NCBI GenBank assembly: GCA_977862235.1
Contig: OZ374563.1
Location: 1,178,001 to 1,242,000 of the forward strand
Source: Dudresnaya verticillata
Taxonomy: Eukaryota
Reading direction: 5' to 3'
Length of the DNA: 64,000 bases
Shown: in pieces, positions 12,203 to 23,740 of the stretch
Layout: every line of letters begins with the position of its first letter
How positions within the stretch are numbered: the first letter of the stretch is position 1
Position numbers and translations under genes: made by a program
The notes under the pieces: model-generated
The model's database searches: none
What the model was told of the DNA's origin: nothing
Seen by the model: the letters and a program-made list of their open reading frames with translations, nothing else

Positions 12203-13885
12203 AAACGGTCATCCAACAAGAGGATATGCGCAATGAGACCCTTACCCGTGAGGAGTTCATAGGCGCGCAAGCAACAGATACTTTCTGCAAGCTTAAAGCC
12301 GAATCGGTGGGATCCCCCGGATCACAATTTGACTACGACCGACATGGGTTTCTTGTGCGCAAGTCTGCCCTCGACGGCGCACTCCAAAAGGTGGTACCGC
12401 AACAGATGCGCGGCAGGGTCCTGTATCTTGCCCACTACACCTCGATTTCGGGACACCCTGGCGGAATTAAGATGTACTACACCTTACGGAGAGAATACTA
12501 CTGGCCACATATGGCTAACGATGTATTCGAGACCGTTCGGAGTTGCCGCTCATGTATCAAAACCAAGGGCACGCGGTTTAAGCATCAGAAGTTCATGAAG
12601 CTATTTCCCGAGAGTGGCGCACTGGAGTTTGTCGCTACGGACATACTGGGCCCGCTACCGAAAACCAAACGGGGATACGTCTTTGTACTGGTTATCACCG
12701 ATCGGTTTTCTAAACTAACACGCTGCATTCCGTTACGGAAGATTACAGTCGTCGTGGTGGCAAACGCATTTTTAGACCATTGGGTGCATGCGTATGGCGC
12801 ACCTAAATTTGTACTCACCGACAATGGAAGACAGTTCACAGCGAAGTTCTTCGACGCTTTCTGTGCCCCACTCGGAGTGCGACATTTGCTGACCGCCGCC
12901 TATCACCCGCAAACCAACGGGCAAGCCGAGCGGTTTAACAAAACCATCGCGCATCGCCTCCAGCACTACGTCGAGGATCACCACACCGATTGGGATTTAT
13001 ATCTACAGCCGTTAACCTATTCCTACAATATGCAGATACACCGAATCACGGATACTACCCCTTTCGACTTGGTGTTAACTCGACACCCATCGGATATTAT
13101 TGTGCGTGGCACCCCTGTGGAGTTGGAAGAAACCGTTACGGAGGGGCGTATGACGCCCGTACTCCAAAAGCGGGGAACCATGCGGCGTTTGCGTTTTGAA
13201 GTCCAAGGCCCTATTCGACCGTAAGGTGCGTTTCCGACCGGTGGTTCGCGGTGGCGATCAGGTCTACGTAGACCGCCGGCCTCGTAATCTACGGCCCACC
13301 GAACGGAAAGAACGCGACCGATTGGGTCAAGGCCCTGACCACGTCGGTGAATTTGCGGAGCAAATGAAGAAGCTCCTCCCAAGATCGACGGGCCCCTATG
13401 AGGTGCACACCGCAACGGATACTGTAGTCACTATCAAGAAGGATGGCGTCCTGATTCCCATCAGCATCGATCGCATCACTAAGGTACCAATTGGAGTTCC
13501 CGTGCAACCGGCGCCACTATTGGCTCCGCCGGTTCCGCCACACACCGACGTGGACGGTGCAGTATTCCAGCAGGCGGGAGGCACCACAGTAGTACCCCAA
13601 ACACCAGGTGGTATTACTGTAACGCCCCAAACGCCAGGCGGTATTTCTGTCCCCGTGCCGGAAACAATTGATGCCAACACGGAGTATGTCATCGAGCAGA
13701 TCGTGGGACACCGCGAAGAACCCACGGGCATGACCTACAAGGTGCGTTGGTACGGCTACCCACCAGACCAGGACACGTATGAACCCGCTGAGGAGTTGCC
13801 GCAAAACTTCATACACCGCTATTGGAATAGAAAGCGCACAGCAGCCGCTGCAGCTCGACGTCGCAGAGCTTCCACGCGCCGATAG
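12203..13885 (+). pseudogene. pol: G3 integrase-chromodomain, cut by the G1 insertion and frameshifted near 13200
   Basis: HYTSISGHPG...CRSC, DILGPLP, TDNGRQF, GQAERFN and YVIEQIVGH...YKVRWYGY...DTYEP. Confidence 0.93.
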
Positions 13886-13920
13886 CCAGTCGCTACTCAC
13901 CAACGCAGTAGGGGTTTGGC

Positions 13921-14077
13921 AAAATCGGGCATGACCCGTGGACTCCTTGTTCACAGAACCCTTGCCCAAGGGGCTTTACTCCATATTGGTGACTTGGCGC
14001 TGGTACAAAATGGGCATGACCTCCGGACTCTGGAACCACAGAACCCTTGCCCAAGGGGTTCTATTCCATATTGGTGA
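13921..14077 (+). repeat. Two-copy tandem repeat (about 86 bp) downstream of G3 pol
   Basis: AAAAT(C)GGGCATGACC...CACAGAACCCTTGCCCAAGGGG...TCCATATTGGTGA occurs twice and contains CCCTTG/CAAGGG dyads. Confidence 0.85.
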
Positions 14078-14267
14078 ATCGCCGTCAAGCGAGCAACCAC
14101 TTCTGGTATGAGATGGTCGTCAACCGGCCGCAAAGCCTTGTGAGGGGTAGGGTAGCCCCTCCACTTCACGACTCACTCCACAGTGGTGTTATTCCACTTC
14201 CCCTCCGCCAGCGGAAGGGGGGCTCACACAAATCACAAGATTTTATTGACAAGTGGCATTTCTACGC

Positions 14268-16993
14268 TTACACCGCATTTCGCGGACGCTTCGCTGGCGG
14301 CGCCAGGTCGGCCTCCGTATCTTCCTCCTTGGCCGCACTCTCCTCCAAGTCGGGAATATCTTCACCATACACCCTTGCGGTAATCATGGTTAGTCTCCTG
14401 CCGGTGTCTGCCATGCGTCGACGCAGAGCGCGAATGGTACGCCTTAGGCGCGCCAGACACCCGACCCACAGCACGGCGGAGTTAATGACTTCGTTCGCCG
14501 ACGCTGGAAGGGGCATGCCCGCATCTCTACACCCTTCGCGGAGTCGCTGCAGGGCAGCCCCATCTACGCGCAACTCCGCTTCGATCCAACTCGGCATCTC
14601 CTTCGGGGCATCCTCCTCTTGTTCCACCACCACGGGGTCGATATGACGGGGTGGCCCTCCACCTGGATCCGCAGCGGCCACAAACGTCACGGAGTCACTC
14701 GACGCGGGCGACACCGGTTTGGCAACTTCACCCCGCTTCGGTGTAGGGGTCTTCACTGCTACTCCAGGCCGTGTGTTCGCGAGTTCCTCCACTTGGTCGG
14801 TCTCCACTGGTGCAGCGTCCTCTTTCATCTCGGAGTCGTCGTGCTCCCCGACGGGACCCAACCTAGCCACGGCCGCCGCCACTACCATGGGCTTCCCTAC
14901 CGCTACGGTATCGGCCGCCTTGTCTAACTTGGTCTTCGTGTTGACCACCGACGAGACAGCCGGTTTCGACACCCCGATTGGTGTAGACGCTGCGGCCACC
15001 CCCGACAAACCCCCCTGCGCCTCGATCTCCGCTCCTACAGGAGGAGACTCCGTTACAGTCTTCTTGGGCGACGAAGTTGTGCGGTCGCCCCACGCCTTTA
15101 TGGCTTCTCCACCAGGGGATTCTCTTGGCACGAGGACCCTTGGGTCCCCGCGCCCCTTCTCAACCTTGTCAACCCCCACCGGTGTAATCTCGTCTGCAGG
15201 CGGACTGTCGAGGCATCCCTGTTGATACGGCACACCGGATGGAGTACCCCACTCACGTGATGGCGGAGCCCTCGATGGCCCCTCCGTCACGGGGTAGAAC
15301 CTTGAGCGGGCGCGCATCGCGTGCCAGTTGGACATCTTCTCGTCGATCAACCACGCCGGCTCGGGGTCTTCTTCCGATAGGAAATACGCCATACCACACC
15401 CGGAGTTTAGCGGTGGCACCGACAACACGCGGTCGTCATTCCAATGATAACCGATGAACCCTGGCGTTCGCTCCCAATTGGTGTCTGTGTGAATCGTGAA
15501 GAGGCGTTCCACACGCGCCAAGGGGTATTCGGTCCCCTCAACCAACCGGTCTACTCCAACTTGGTGTATAAGGGTAACCACCGGCCCTGGTAGCTTGAAT
15601 ATGCGCCCACACTCGCCACCTTCCGGATCCGTTCTGCTCCACGGGTACGCCCTCCAGTCGGTCATCTTGGTATTGGCTCTTACACCCCTGTAGGTGACCT
15701 GTAACCAGGAGAAGAGGACTAACATGGCCCATTCCGCTTGGAGTATCCGACCCAACGCCGTCATCAGCGGATGGTCGATTGACTTCTATCCGCCTGGGCG
15801 TGCAGCTTGCCAGTCGCGATGCTGAATGAACCGGTTGGAGAAGTACGCCACCACTGTCGGCGTTGGCACTGACAACCAACGGGTGACTTCATACTCAGCC
15901 CACCAATCCGGGGCGGTGCAGTACAAGCGACGGTGCGCTCCCGGCGGCACCTGGATGAATTCGTTGGTGTTCCAAGTGTGGAGTATCGCCCTTCCGAGAC
16001 GGCGTCCATCTCTACTCCGTAACCGGAGTCGATGCTCTTTCGCTGCGTCGTCGGCCCACCGCTGCGGATTCGCAAACCAGTGAACCCCTTGGTCATACGG
16101 CTTCTCGTAGCACAGGAACTCGACACCAACAGGATGCTCTCGCAGACGATGGGCCATGGCCAACAAGCGGCACACCTTATCGGGATAGCCTTCTTCTTCC
16201 TGACACCTCAGCCACACGATTTCACACCCGGTTGGAGTTCGCACTCTGCAGTTTGAGTGAATCCCCCGGCTCTCCACATCTCCTCACGCCGATTCGGGAA
16301 CGGCTTGTTGTTGATTAACCCACCGGCGTCAGTAACAGCACTGTACCGACGCCCTTCGAGGGTGCCACCATAGTTGGAAACGAACACCGAAACGGGCATG
16401 GGGAGACGCACCATATCGCGCTCCTCCTCGGTACGCTGACGCCGCCCGGCGCGGTGATCATACTCCCGGCCAGGCCAAGTTCCCTCGTCGGTGTGCCCCA
16501 TTGAGTCCACACGCCCGTGGTAGCTCCCCGGTGTCCCCGGCGCGTATGGCAGCGAACCCGACGGTCCGCCGCCGACACCCAATCGGAGTGGGGGTGAGGT
16601 TACTCCACCCCCAACCTGACCAACCTGGGGACCTTGCGCGTAAGTCTCATAGCGCCCATGCGGAGTGCCGCGACGATATCTCCCAAACTCCATCTCGGCG
16701 TTGCCTTTTGGAAGACCGGGTCGTTGTGCCCCCGGCCCAACCTGCCGATCCGGAAGCGGAGTAGGCGCCTTTCGAGCCTCGCCGTCATCGCGCCGTCGCG
16801 GCAGCCTCGGGCTACCCGCACGTGCTGGCAGCGTCGGCGTGGCGCCCGCTGCCGCCGCAACTCCCGCTATGGTGTCCGCAAGCCCGCCGCCTCCTCCCTC
16901 TTCTGCCTCCGGCGCCGGACCCGCTCCCACCGACGATGCACGCCGTGTCGGTTGGAAGGGGCTCCGTGCGCGGTCGGTGTTCCCGCCCGCCAT
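14268..16993 (-). pseudogene. G3 antisense accessory gene, frameshifted; homologue of the G1 and G2 antisense genes
   Basis: Successive minus-strand ORFs containing PDWW...VPTPTVVAYF, EGCRDAGM, a coiled coil and PPAKRPR. Confidence 0.72.
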
Positions 16994-17149
16994 TGCTAGC
17001 GGTACACCGATCTGGACCCGTCCGTTGGTTGACCTGCCTGAAGTGGAGTGTACTGATGCGGCTCTCTCCGTTGTTGGGTACACCTGAGTGGAGTGGTAGA
17101 AGACGTGCTGAGGCGCACGAGGACGTGTCGCCATTTAAGGAGGGGGGTC

Positions 17150-17824
17150 TGTGGTGAAGCGGCCGTTGTGGAGTGCCGACCACGGTTGAGCCGACTTGCG
17201 ACCGGCGCCCCGGTGAACTGGCGCCAAAATCCGAACGGGAGTGCAGCGACACAGTAGCACTGTACGCCTTGCTGGAGTCTGCGCGCACCACCAATAGGAG
17301 CCAAGTAGTTGATTTATTTGTAATTAGGTAATTGTAATGATGCTGTACAGTACGTAGTGTCAGCCGGCCAATGAGAATGCCGAACATGTCCGCAACGGTG
17401 ACCGGGACCAGTAGGGCCGGACCCACCTGGTGGCCCAGACCCATTGGGGTCTGGCCCACACGGACCGGACCGCGGGGCGTATCTCCCAGTATATTAATGG
17501 GTGGCCACCGCGAGTCCTACAGTAAACGGGTACGCAACCCTGGGCAAAGTGACTTACCCTAAGCCTTACCCTCATACTGCTTTACGGTTTCCCCTCGCCA
17601 GCCCCGTGCACGGATTCCTCCTACCTCCGTCCCGGTGTAGCTGCCCTGGCACTGTACTGTCCCCCTTGTCTGTTGCGTCCCTTTGCTCCTTACAGGTGTT
17701 GCCGCTCGAGGTGCTCCCTTCGGTCTACGAACTAAGGTCTACCACCCCGGTGCCGTGTGAGATCACTCCTTATTGGGATTGCCTGATCAGCTCTCCTTAC
17801 AGGTGTGCCTTTCACTTCACCACA
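17150..17824 (+). repeat. G3 3' LTR (675 bp)
   Basis: TGTGGTGAAG...CTTCACCACA perfect terminal inverted repeat directly after the PPT. TATA-like TATATTAA near 17490. Confidence 0.88.
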
Positions 17825-18041
17825 GCTCCGTCGAGCAATGGACGTGCACAAGAGCATGAGGGCCGTCTACGAGTATGAGGCAAACTACATGCCACACTAC
17901 ATCAATTCGGTGGGTTACTGGATGGCGTTCCATGACGCGGCGATCGCCCTGTGCCACGAGGCCCTGGAGGACAAGAAATACGACGATGTGCAGCTGTTCC
18001 ATGTCTGTGCCATCATTGCCGTGCGTTAAGGGCTTCGTGTT

Positions 18042-18834
18042 GTGGGTTTTTCTGGTATAACGAAGTCCACGGTGACGCTGCGACGTCTCGCACTGTAAGG
18101 AATAGCCTCGGAGCCTAACTAATGGCCTCGTAGCCTAACGGAGAAACGAAAAGGGGGTCTTAGGGTGGTAGAGCGGAGCGCCCAACACGGAGGACCACGT
18201 TGTCAACGTATTCGTGTGCGGAAGGGAGAACTCGAGCGATCGATCACCGGGGATGTGGTATAGACGCTATACGCAAAACGTGTCCGTGGTCTACGTGAAA
18301 ATAATCGAGAAATACGAATTTCGAAGTGACTCCGTGAATGCGCACGCCACGACGGCAAACGTATTACAGTGCGCATACTGTGCGCGCGCCACGATGGAAT
18401 TCGCATTACAGCACGCACGTGATACGAAATCGCTGACATCTCCGGACGAATACCGAGCCGACTTCGTGATCGCGTGCGCCGCGATGGCATTCGCATTACA
18501 GTGCGCACCCGATACGAAATCGCTGACACCTTCGTGACTTTCCCGTTGTTTCCCGCGCGTAACGGCATCGAGGCCCACGAAGCGTGCCCACCTCCGTATG
18601 CATCGCTGGCGCACCTCGCAACCGCCACCATACGTGTGGCGACCGTTCGTTGGCACCGAGTTCGTTACGAATCATGCGAGTACGAACCGTCTCCCGCGTT
18701 GAGGCGCATTCGTGCTCACGTAGTATTACTTAGCCAGTCGTCTGGCACAACCTCCGAGGGTTTCCGGTAAGCGACTAGCGCCCGGATCTCGGAGTCTTCG
18801 GTAAACGCCTGTTTCTTCGAGTTCGGTGTCTTCG
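18042..18834. repeat. Extra G2-family LTR fragments: direct about 210-bp piece (18042-18255) plus inverted about 580-bp piece (18254-18834)
   Basis: 18051-18255 matches the start of 18835-19680. 18254-18834 is the reverse complement of its distal part and begins at the TGTGGTATAGAC terminus. Confidence 0.9.
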
Positions 18835-19680
18835 TGTGGTATAACGAAGTCCACGGAGACGCGGGGAAGTCTCGCACTGTAAGGAATGGCCTCGGAGCCT
18901 AACGAATGGCCTCGTAGCCTAACGGAGAAACGAAAAGGGGTGGTAGCGTGGTAGAGCGGAGCGACCAACACAAAGGACCACGGTGTCAACGTATTCGTGT
19001 GCGGAAGGGAGAACTCGAGCGATCGATCACCGGGGATGACTCCGGGTGCGCGTGGCTATCGAAAACGAGACTCGACCGTATCCGCGGTCACGAAGACGAA
19101 GACACCGAACTCGAAGAAGCAGGCGTTTACCGAAGACTCCGAGGTCCGGGCGCTAGTCCCTTATCGGGAACCCTCGGAGGTTGTGCCAGACGACTGGCTA
19201 CTAAGTAGTACTACGTGAGCACGAATGCGCGTCAACGCGGGAGACGGTTCGTACTCGAATGATTCGTAACGGCTTCGGTGCCAACGAACGGTCGCCTCAC
19301 GTATGGTGGCGGTTGCGAAGTGCGCCAGCGATGCATACGGAGTTGCGCGTGTCTCGTGGGCCCCGGTGCCGTTACGAGCGGGAAACAACGGCAAAGTCAC
19401 GAAGGTGTCAGCGATTTAGTATCGGGTGCGCGCTGTAATGCGAATGCCATCGTGGCGCGCGCGATCACGAAGTCGGATCGGGATTCATCCGGAGGTGTCA
19501 GCGATTTCGTATCACGTGCGTGCTGTAATGCGTATGCCATCGTGGCGCGCGCGCGGTATGCGCTCTGTAATACGTGTGCCATCGTGGCGTGCGCATTCAC
19601 GAAGTCACTCTGAAATTCGTATTTCTCGGCTATTTTCACGTAGATCACGGAGTCATTTCACGAATAGCGTCTATACCACA
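18835..19680 (-). repeat. G2 3' LTR
   Basis: TGTGGTATA...TATACCACA termini. Direct repeat of 30866-31712 with internal ~65-80 bp tandem sub-repeats. PPT at 19681-19693. Confidence 0.95.
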
Positions 19681-20340
19681 CGGCCCCCCGCCTCAAGAGC
19701 GAACGTCCCGGTCGCGGGTTACGAATTACGAAATGGCGTGGCCCGGTTTCCCTCGGTGGAGCGTGGGTGGAGCCATCCGAGTGGCGGCGCGGAGATTGCT
19801 TCGAGCTCACGGTGTCGGACAGCGGTGCCTCGGGGCTTACGAATTTGAATTCGGATCACGTGTGCGATGGCGCCTTCGTATTGGCTAATCACGAAGATAT
19901 TTTTTGCGTACGTAGAACGGGTTAGGGCTGCGGCGCCGTCCGTCGACGCGTGCGCGCGCAGATCACGGAGACGGGTCGCGAGCCGCGTGGGTTATTTCAA
20001 CTTCGTGTTGCGCTGGGTCCGAGCCCCTTGCTTCTCCGGTCATTGCGCACACTCACAACTCGCTTCAGCTCCTTGGCTTTCGGTCTTCGCGGTCCGTTTG
20101 CTTCTTCGTGTGCGCTGGTGCGTCCTTTCGCGTCTCTTCGCGCATCGTTCGCTCCGCTCCGTGGCGTTCGTGTTGTTGCTTCGTTGGCCTCGGTGGTTTG
20201 CGGTGGTCGGTTGCTGGTCGTGGGTCTCGGTGTTGGGGCAAGTGCGGCTGGTCCTCCGTGGAGTTCGTGAGGGCCTCGTCGAGATTCGCTTTCGTTCCTC
20301 CGTGGGTTGCTGTGTTTTTCGTGACGAGCTTCGCGTAACG

Positions 20341-22356
20341 ATGTCGGACACGGGTCACGAAGAGGGAACCGGGTCCCAGGAAAAACGTGCGGAGGGCGTT
20401 CGTCGCCGCCTCGATGGCGAGCTCGCGGCTGCTACGGCGGGTCAGTTGGCTCCGAAGCCTTCGGGTCCTTCTTCGGATGTCGCGGGCCCTTCGGGTGGTG
20501 ACTCCGAATACGTACCGCGGACTCTCGCGATTCCACACGTTTTGGATATCGGGGCCTCGGAGTCAGCGGGGATCACGGATCGCGATAGCCCTTTCGTAAG
20601 TTCGGGCGGCTCGAATCCGCAATTCGTGAATCGGGGTTGGCAGCCGAGTGCTTCGTTGGGTCCTCCGAAATTCGGGACAAAGGATGAGAGTGCTCCGAGG
20701 CTTCCGTCTGCGCAGCTGCACTTCGCGTGGGACGAGTTCGCGGTCTCCGGAGTTGCTCACGAAGAGGTTGCTGCCTACAATGGCCGTGTTCGTCCGGATC
20801 TCGCTCGCTTTCGTGCACTGTGCGAGGGTCGTGACGATAACGGAGCTGGCGTATTTCACGTATTCTGGCCCCGTGTCCCCGTGTATCCGACTCCGATGGG
20901 TCTTCCGTGCGACGTCTCCTACGCGACCACGGTTGACGAGGTTGCTTACGTAGATGCGTGCGCGCACGTGCTCCTGGCACCGGGTGCGGGTATCTCCGTG
21001 GACTCTCCGGTGGTCGCGATTACTCGCTTTCGTGATTATCCGGAGTTCGAATCTGCCGCGGGAAACGTATGGCGTCACGTAGACTCGATTTCGCGCATCC
21101 TCGGAGTGCACATCGGTGCCGGAGACTGGTCGCTATTCCGTGGTGCGGGCTCGATGCCTGATCGCGTGGATACGAATTCGCGTCTCGATGACCGCGTGCC
21201 TCTGAGCATGTTTGCGAGTTCGTTCTGGCTCGATGCTTCGTGTATTCGGGCCCCCGCGGGCTTAGTCGTGCCACCTCCGAGGGTGATTCGTTATTTCAGG
21301 CTCGTGGTCGACCTGTTCGCGGAACCTTCGAAGAAGTGCTTCGTGCGTTTCCGGGATTCCGAATATCGCTTCGAGCTTGGTCGCGCGTTGATTTCGGATG
21401 TCACGCAGCGTCAATACGTATGGGTGCTCGATGCTTCGTTGCGTAATTTCGTTCGTGATCGTTGGTCGAAGTCGTTCTCCGAGGATGGCGGGTATCCGGA
21501 TCTTTCGCTCCGGGGCTCGTATCGCGCGATGCCGTTCACGAAGATACTCGCGATTGCCATCGAGGCTGCGGATCGGGGGGAGCTCCAGTCGACGCGTCGC
21601 GATTTTCCGACGGGACAGTGGTCCCAAGTGGTCGGAAACGACGGGGGCTCCGGGGCCTGGTTCGATTGGCGCCACAACCGTCCGTCACGAGGAGGGCGCG
21701 GTCCGCGAGTTGATCCGTTTTCGCATCCGAGTGCCGCGGTTCGTGCCATCGGAGGCGAGGTTGGGCCGTTGCCGCGCGTTCCTCGTTCTGTAGCTCCGGT
21801 TCCTTCGTCGTCGCTGACTCCGGGGTCATCTCTTGGCACCGGGGCTGTCGCGTTGGTGCCGAGCGCTTCGGGGTCTTAGATCGCGAGTCTCGAGATGCGC
21901 TGTCCTACGGATATTCGCAGTCTCGACTGCGTGAGCGATGCGTGTCGCGAAGCGGGCATCTCCCCCGATGGGACTCTTCGACAACTGCTGGACGATCTCG
22001 GCGGAAGTTTCCTTCGCGCGGTTACGGAGGTGAGTCGCCTTCGTAGGCAGCTTCGTGATCGGGATGCGGAGATAGCGGACCTTCGTCATCGTAGTCGCGA
22101 CCTCGAGTTGAGCGGTAAGCGTCGGCGCGAAGATTACGGTTACCCGATTTACGATGCTCCGCGTTACGGGTCTGGCTCCGGAGGCCCTTCGGGCTTCGGA
22201 CCCAGCGGTGGCGACGGTTACGATGGTCACCGCGGACAATCGCAGACATCGGATCCGTATGCGCCGAACTTTCTTCGCGTGACTCGAGATGAGAACGGAA
22301 ACGATCCTCGTGATAATCCGCCATACGACTCCGCAAACCCGTATGGTCGCTCGTAA
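20341..22356 (+). pseudogene. G2 antisense accessory gene (20341-21879 and 21895-22356, same frame, separated by one TAG)
   Basis: TPMGLPCDVSY, PPPRVIRYF, DACREAGI, coiled coil and GKRRREDY. The TAG at 21877 is followed 15 nt later by an in-frame ATG. Confidence 0.8.
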
Positions 22357-23740
22357 CCGTACGTAGTATTAGCACCGAGGCTTTCTCTTTTAGCTTCGTA
22401 GCTGCGTGGTTTCTCGTTTTCGGTATCGGGCGCCTTGTTCTCGGAGCTCACGGTGGCGGGGTCTCGGTCTCGTGGTATCGTCTCGAGTAAACGTTTTTCT
22501 TGCCCGACTCTTCTTTGCCTCGTAGTGATAGTCACGTAGTTGTTAGCATCGTAGCTTTTAACTTCGTAGCTTCTCGTAAACGAGCTTCGTGCTCAGTGTG
22601 CGAATCGGGAACTTGTTCGTGGCGCGGCTTCGTTTTTCTCGACTCCGTGGTCTACGTGATGCGTGTTCGAGTTTCCTTCGCGGAGTTGAGTCATCGAGAC
22701 TTCGTGAAGTATGCGTGCACGGCCCCCTCCTCAAGACGACGGCGTCCGCGCCGATGTGCTTGGGGGGGTGGGTTGCGGTTAGCGTGTTGAACAAGTCGCG
22801 TGTGCTCCGGGGCTGTCGTGGGCGCGTTGCTCGAGTGGGCGCATGTGCGCATCAGTGCGGGCGGAACGTATGCGTAACGGGGCACCGAGGCCATGTGGTA
22901 GGACTGCTGTTGGCGTCAAACGAGGACTCCGTGGTCTTGTCGAAAGTGCGTCGTAACGGGGTGAGCTCCGTGGCTCAAGTGGGGGGTTGAGTCGGCATCT
23001 GCGCTGCTCCGAGGCAAGCGATCGGGCGAAGTCGCCGTGAGGCGCGGGTTGCGAAGGCGAAGTGCGCGTTGCGGGTGGCATCGGCCTCGAAGTATGACGT
23101 CAGGCGCGTATGACAAGTTACGGATAGGGCACCGTGTCCGTCCGTCGCGGTGTCAGCCCCTGTAATGCGAGTGCCGCGGTGCAACCGGGTGCGCGGTGCG
23201 CGCGTTGCGCCTGTGCGGATTTCACTAGGGGTGTTGAGGTGGCGCGGGGGTGGTCGACACCGCCCGACAGCGTGGAGCGCAACTTCGTGGGGGCAAGGGC
23301 TTCGTGATCGCGTATCGTTGATGCGGTGGCGTGTCGTCTCCGAGGACCTCGGTGTCGTGCGGCGCGCGGCCGAGGAGTGGCGCGACGAACGCAATCCGGT
23401 GCGGTTCGAGCTAAGCGAAGACGGATATCACGAAGCGTGCTGTGTCGAAGGCGACTTCGTGAATGTTGCGGGGAAGACTGCGGGGTGGCGGTTGTCTGCT
23501 CCGAGGCATCCCTGTGTATCGGGGCAGGGGTCGTGCGACGGAGTCGCGTTGCGAAATACGGAGACAAGAATCACGAAGTTGGGGCACGAGAGGCGCGTAG
23601 CGGTATCACGCAAACGTATGCTCCGGGGCAATCGAAATGAGCACTTTCGTGATCGGCACGTGATGCAATAACGTAGTGGGGCGCCGGGGCCGTTCGTGTG
23701 GTGAGCCTCGTGTGCCGCGCAACTCGAGTGGGCGGAGGCG

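Larger units (their letters stand above)
12203..17824 (+). mobile_element. 3' part of Gypsy chromovirus-like element G3 (integrase, chromodomain, antisense gene, PPT, 3' LTR)
   Basis: Integrase and chromodomain motifs. PPT AAGGAGGGGGG at 17138-17147. LTR bounded by a 10-bp inverted repeat. Confidence 0.9.

Noticed and set aside
18203..19848. Repeated ORFs in the LTR copies
   Set aside because: They arise from the LTR's internal tandem repeats, and frames and lengths differ between copies.
19867..20340. Hydrophobic N-terminus of the 670-aa ORF as an env-like or membrane protein
   Set aside because: It spans the TATA-like motif and a TTCG-rich leader and has no counterpart in G1. The likely start is the ATG at 20341.
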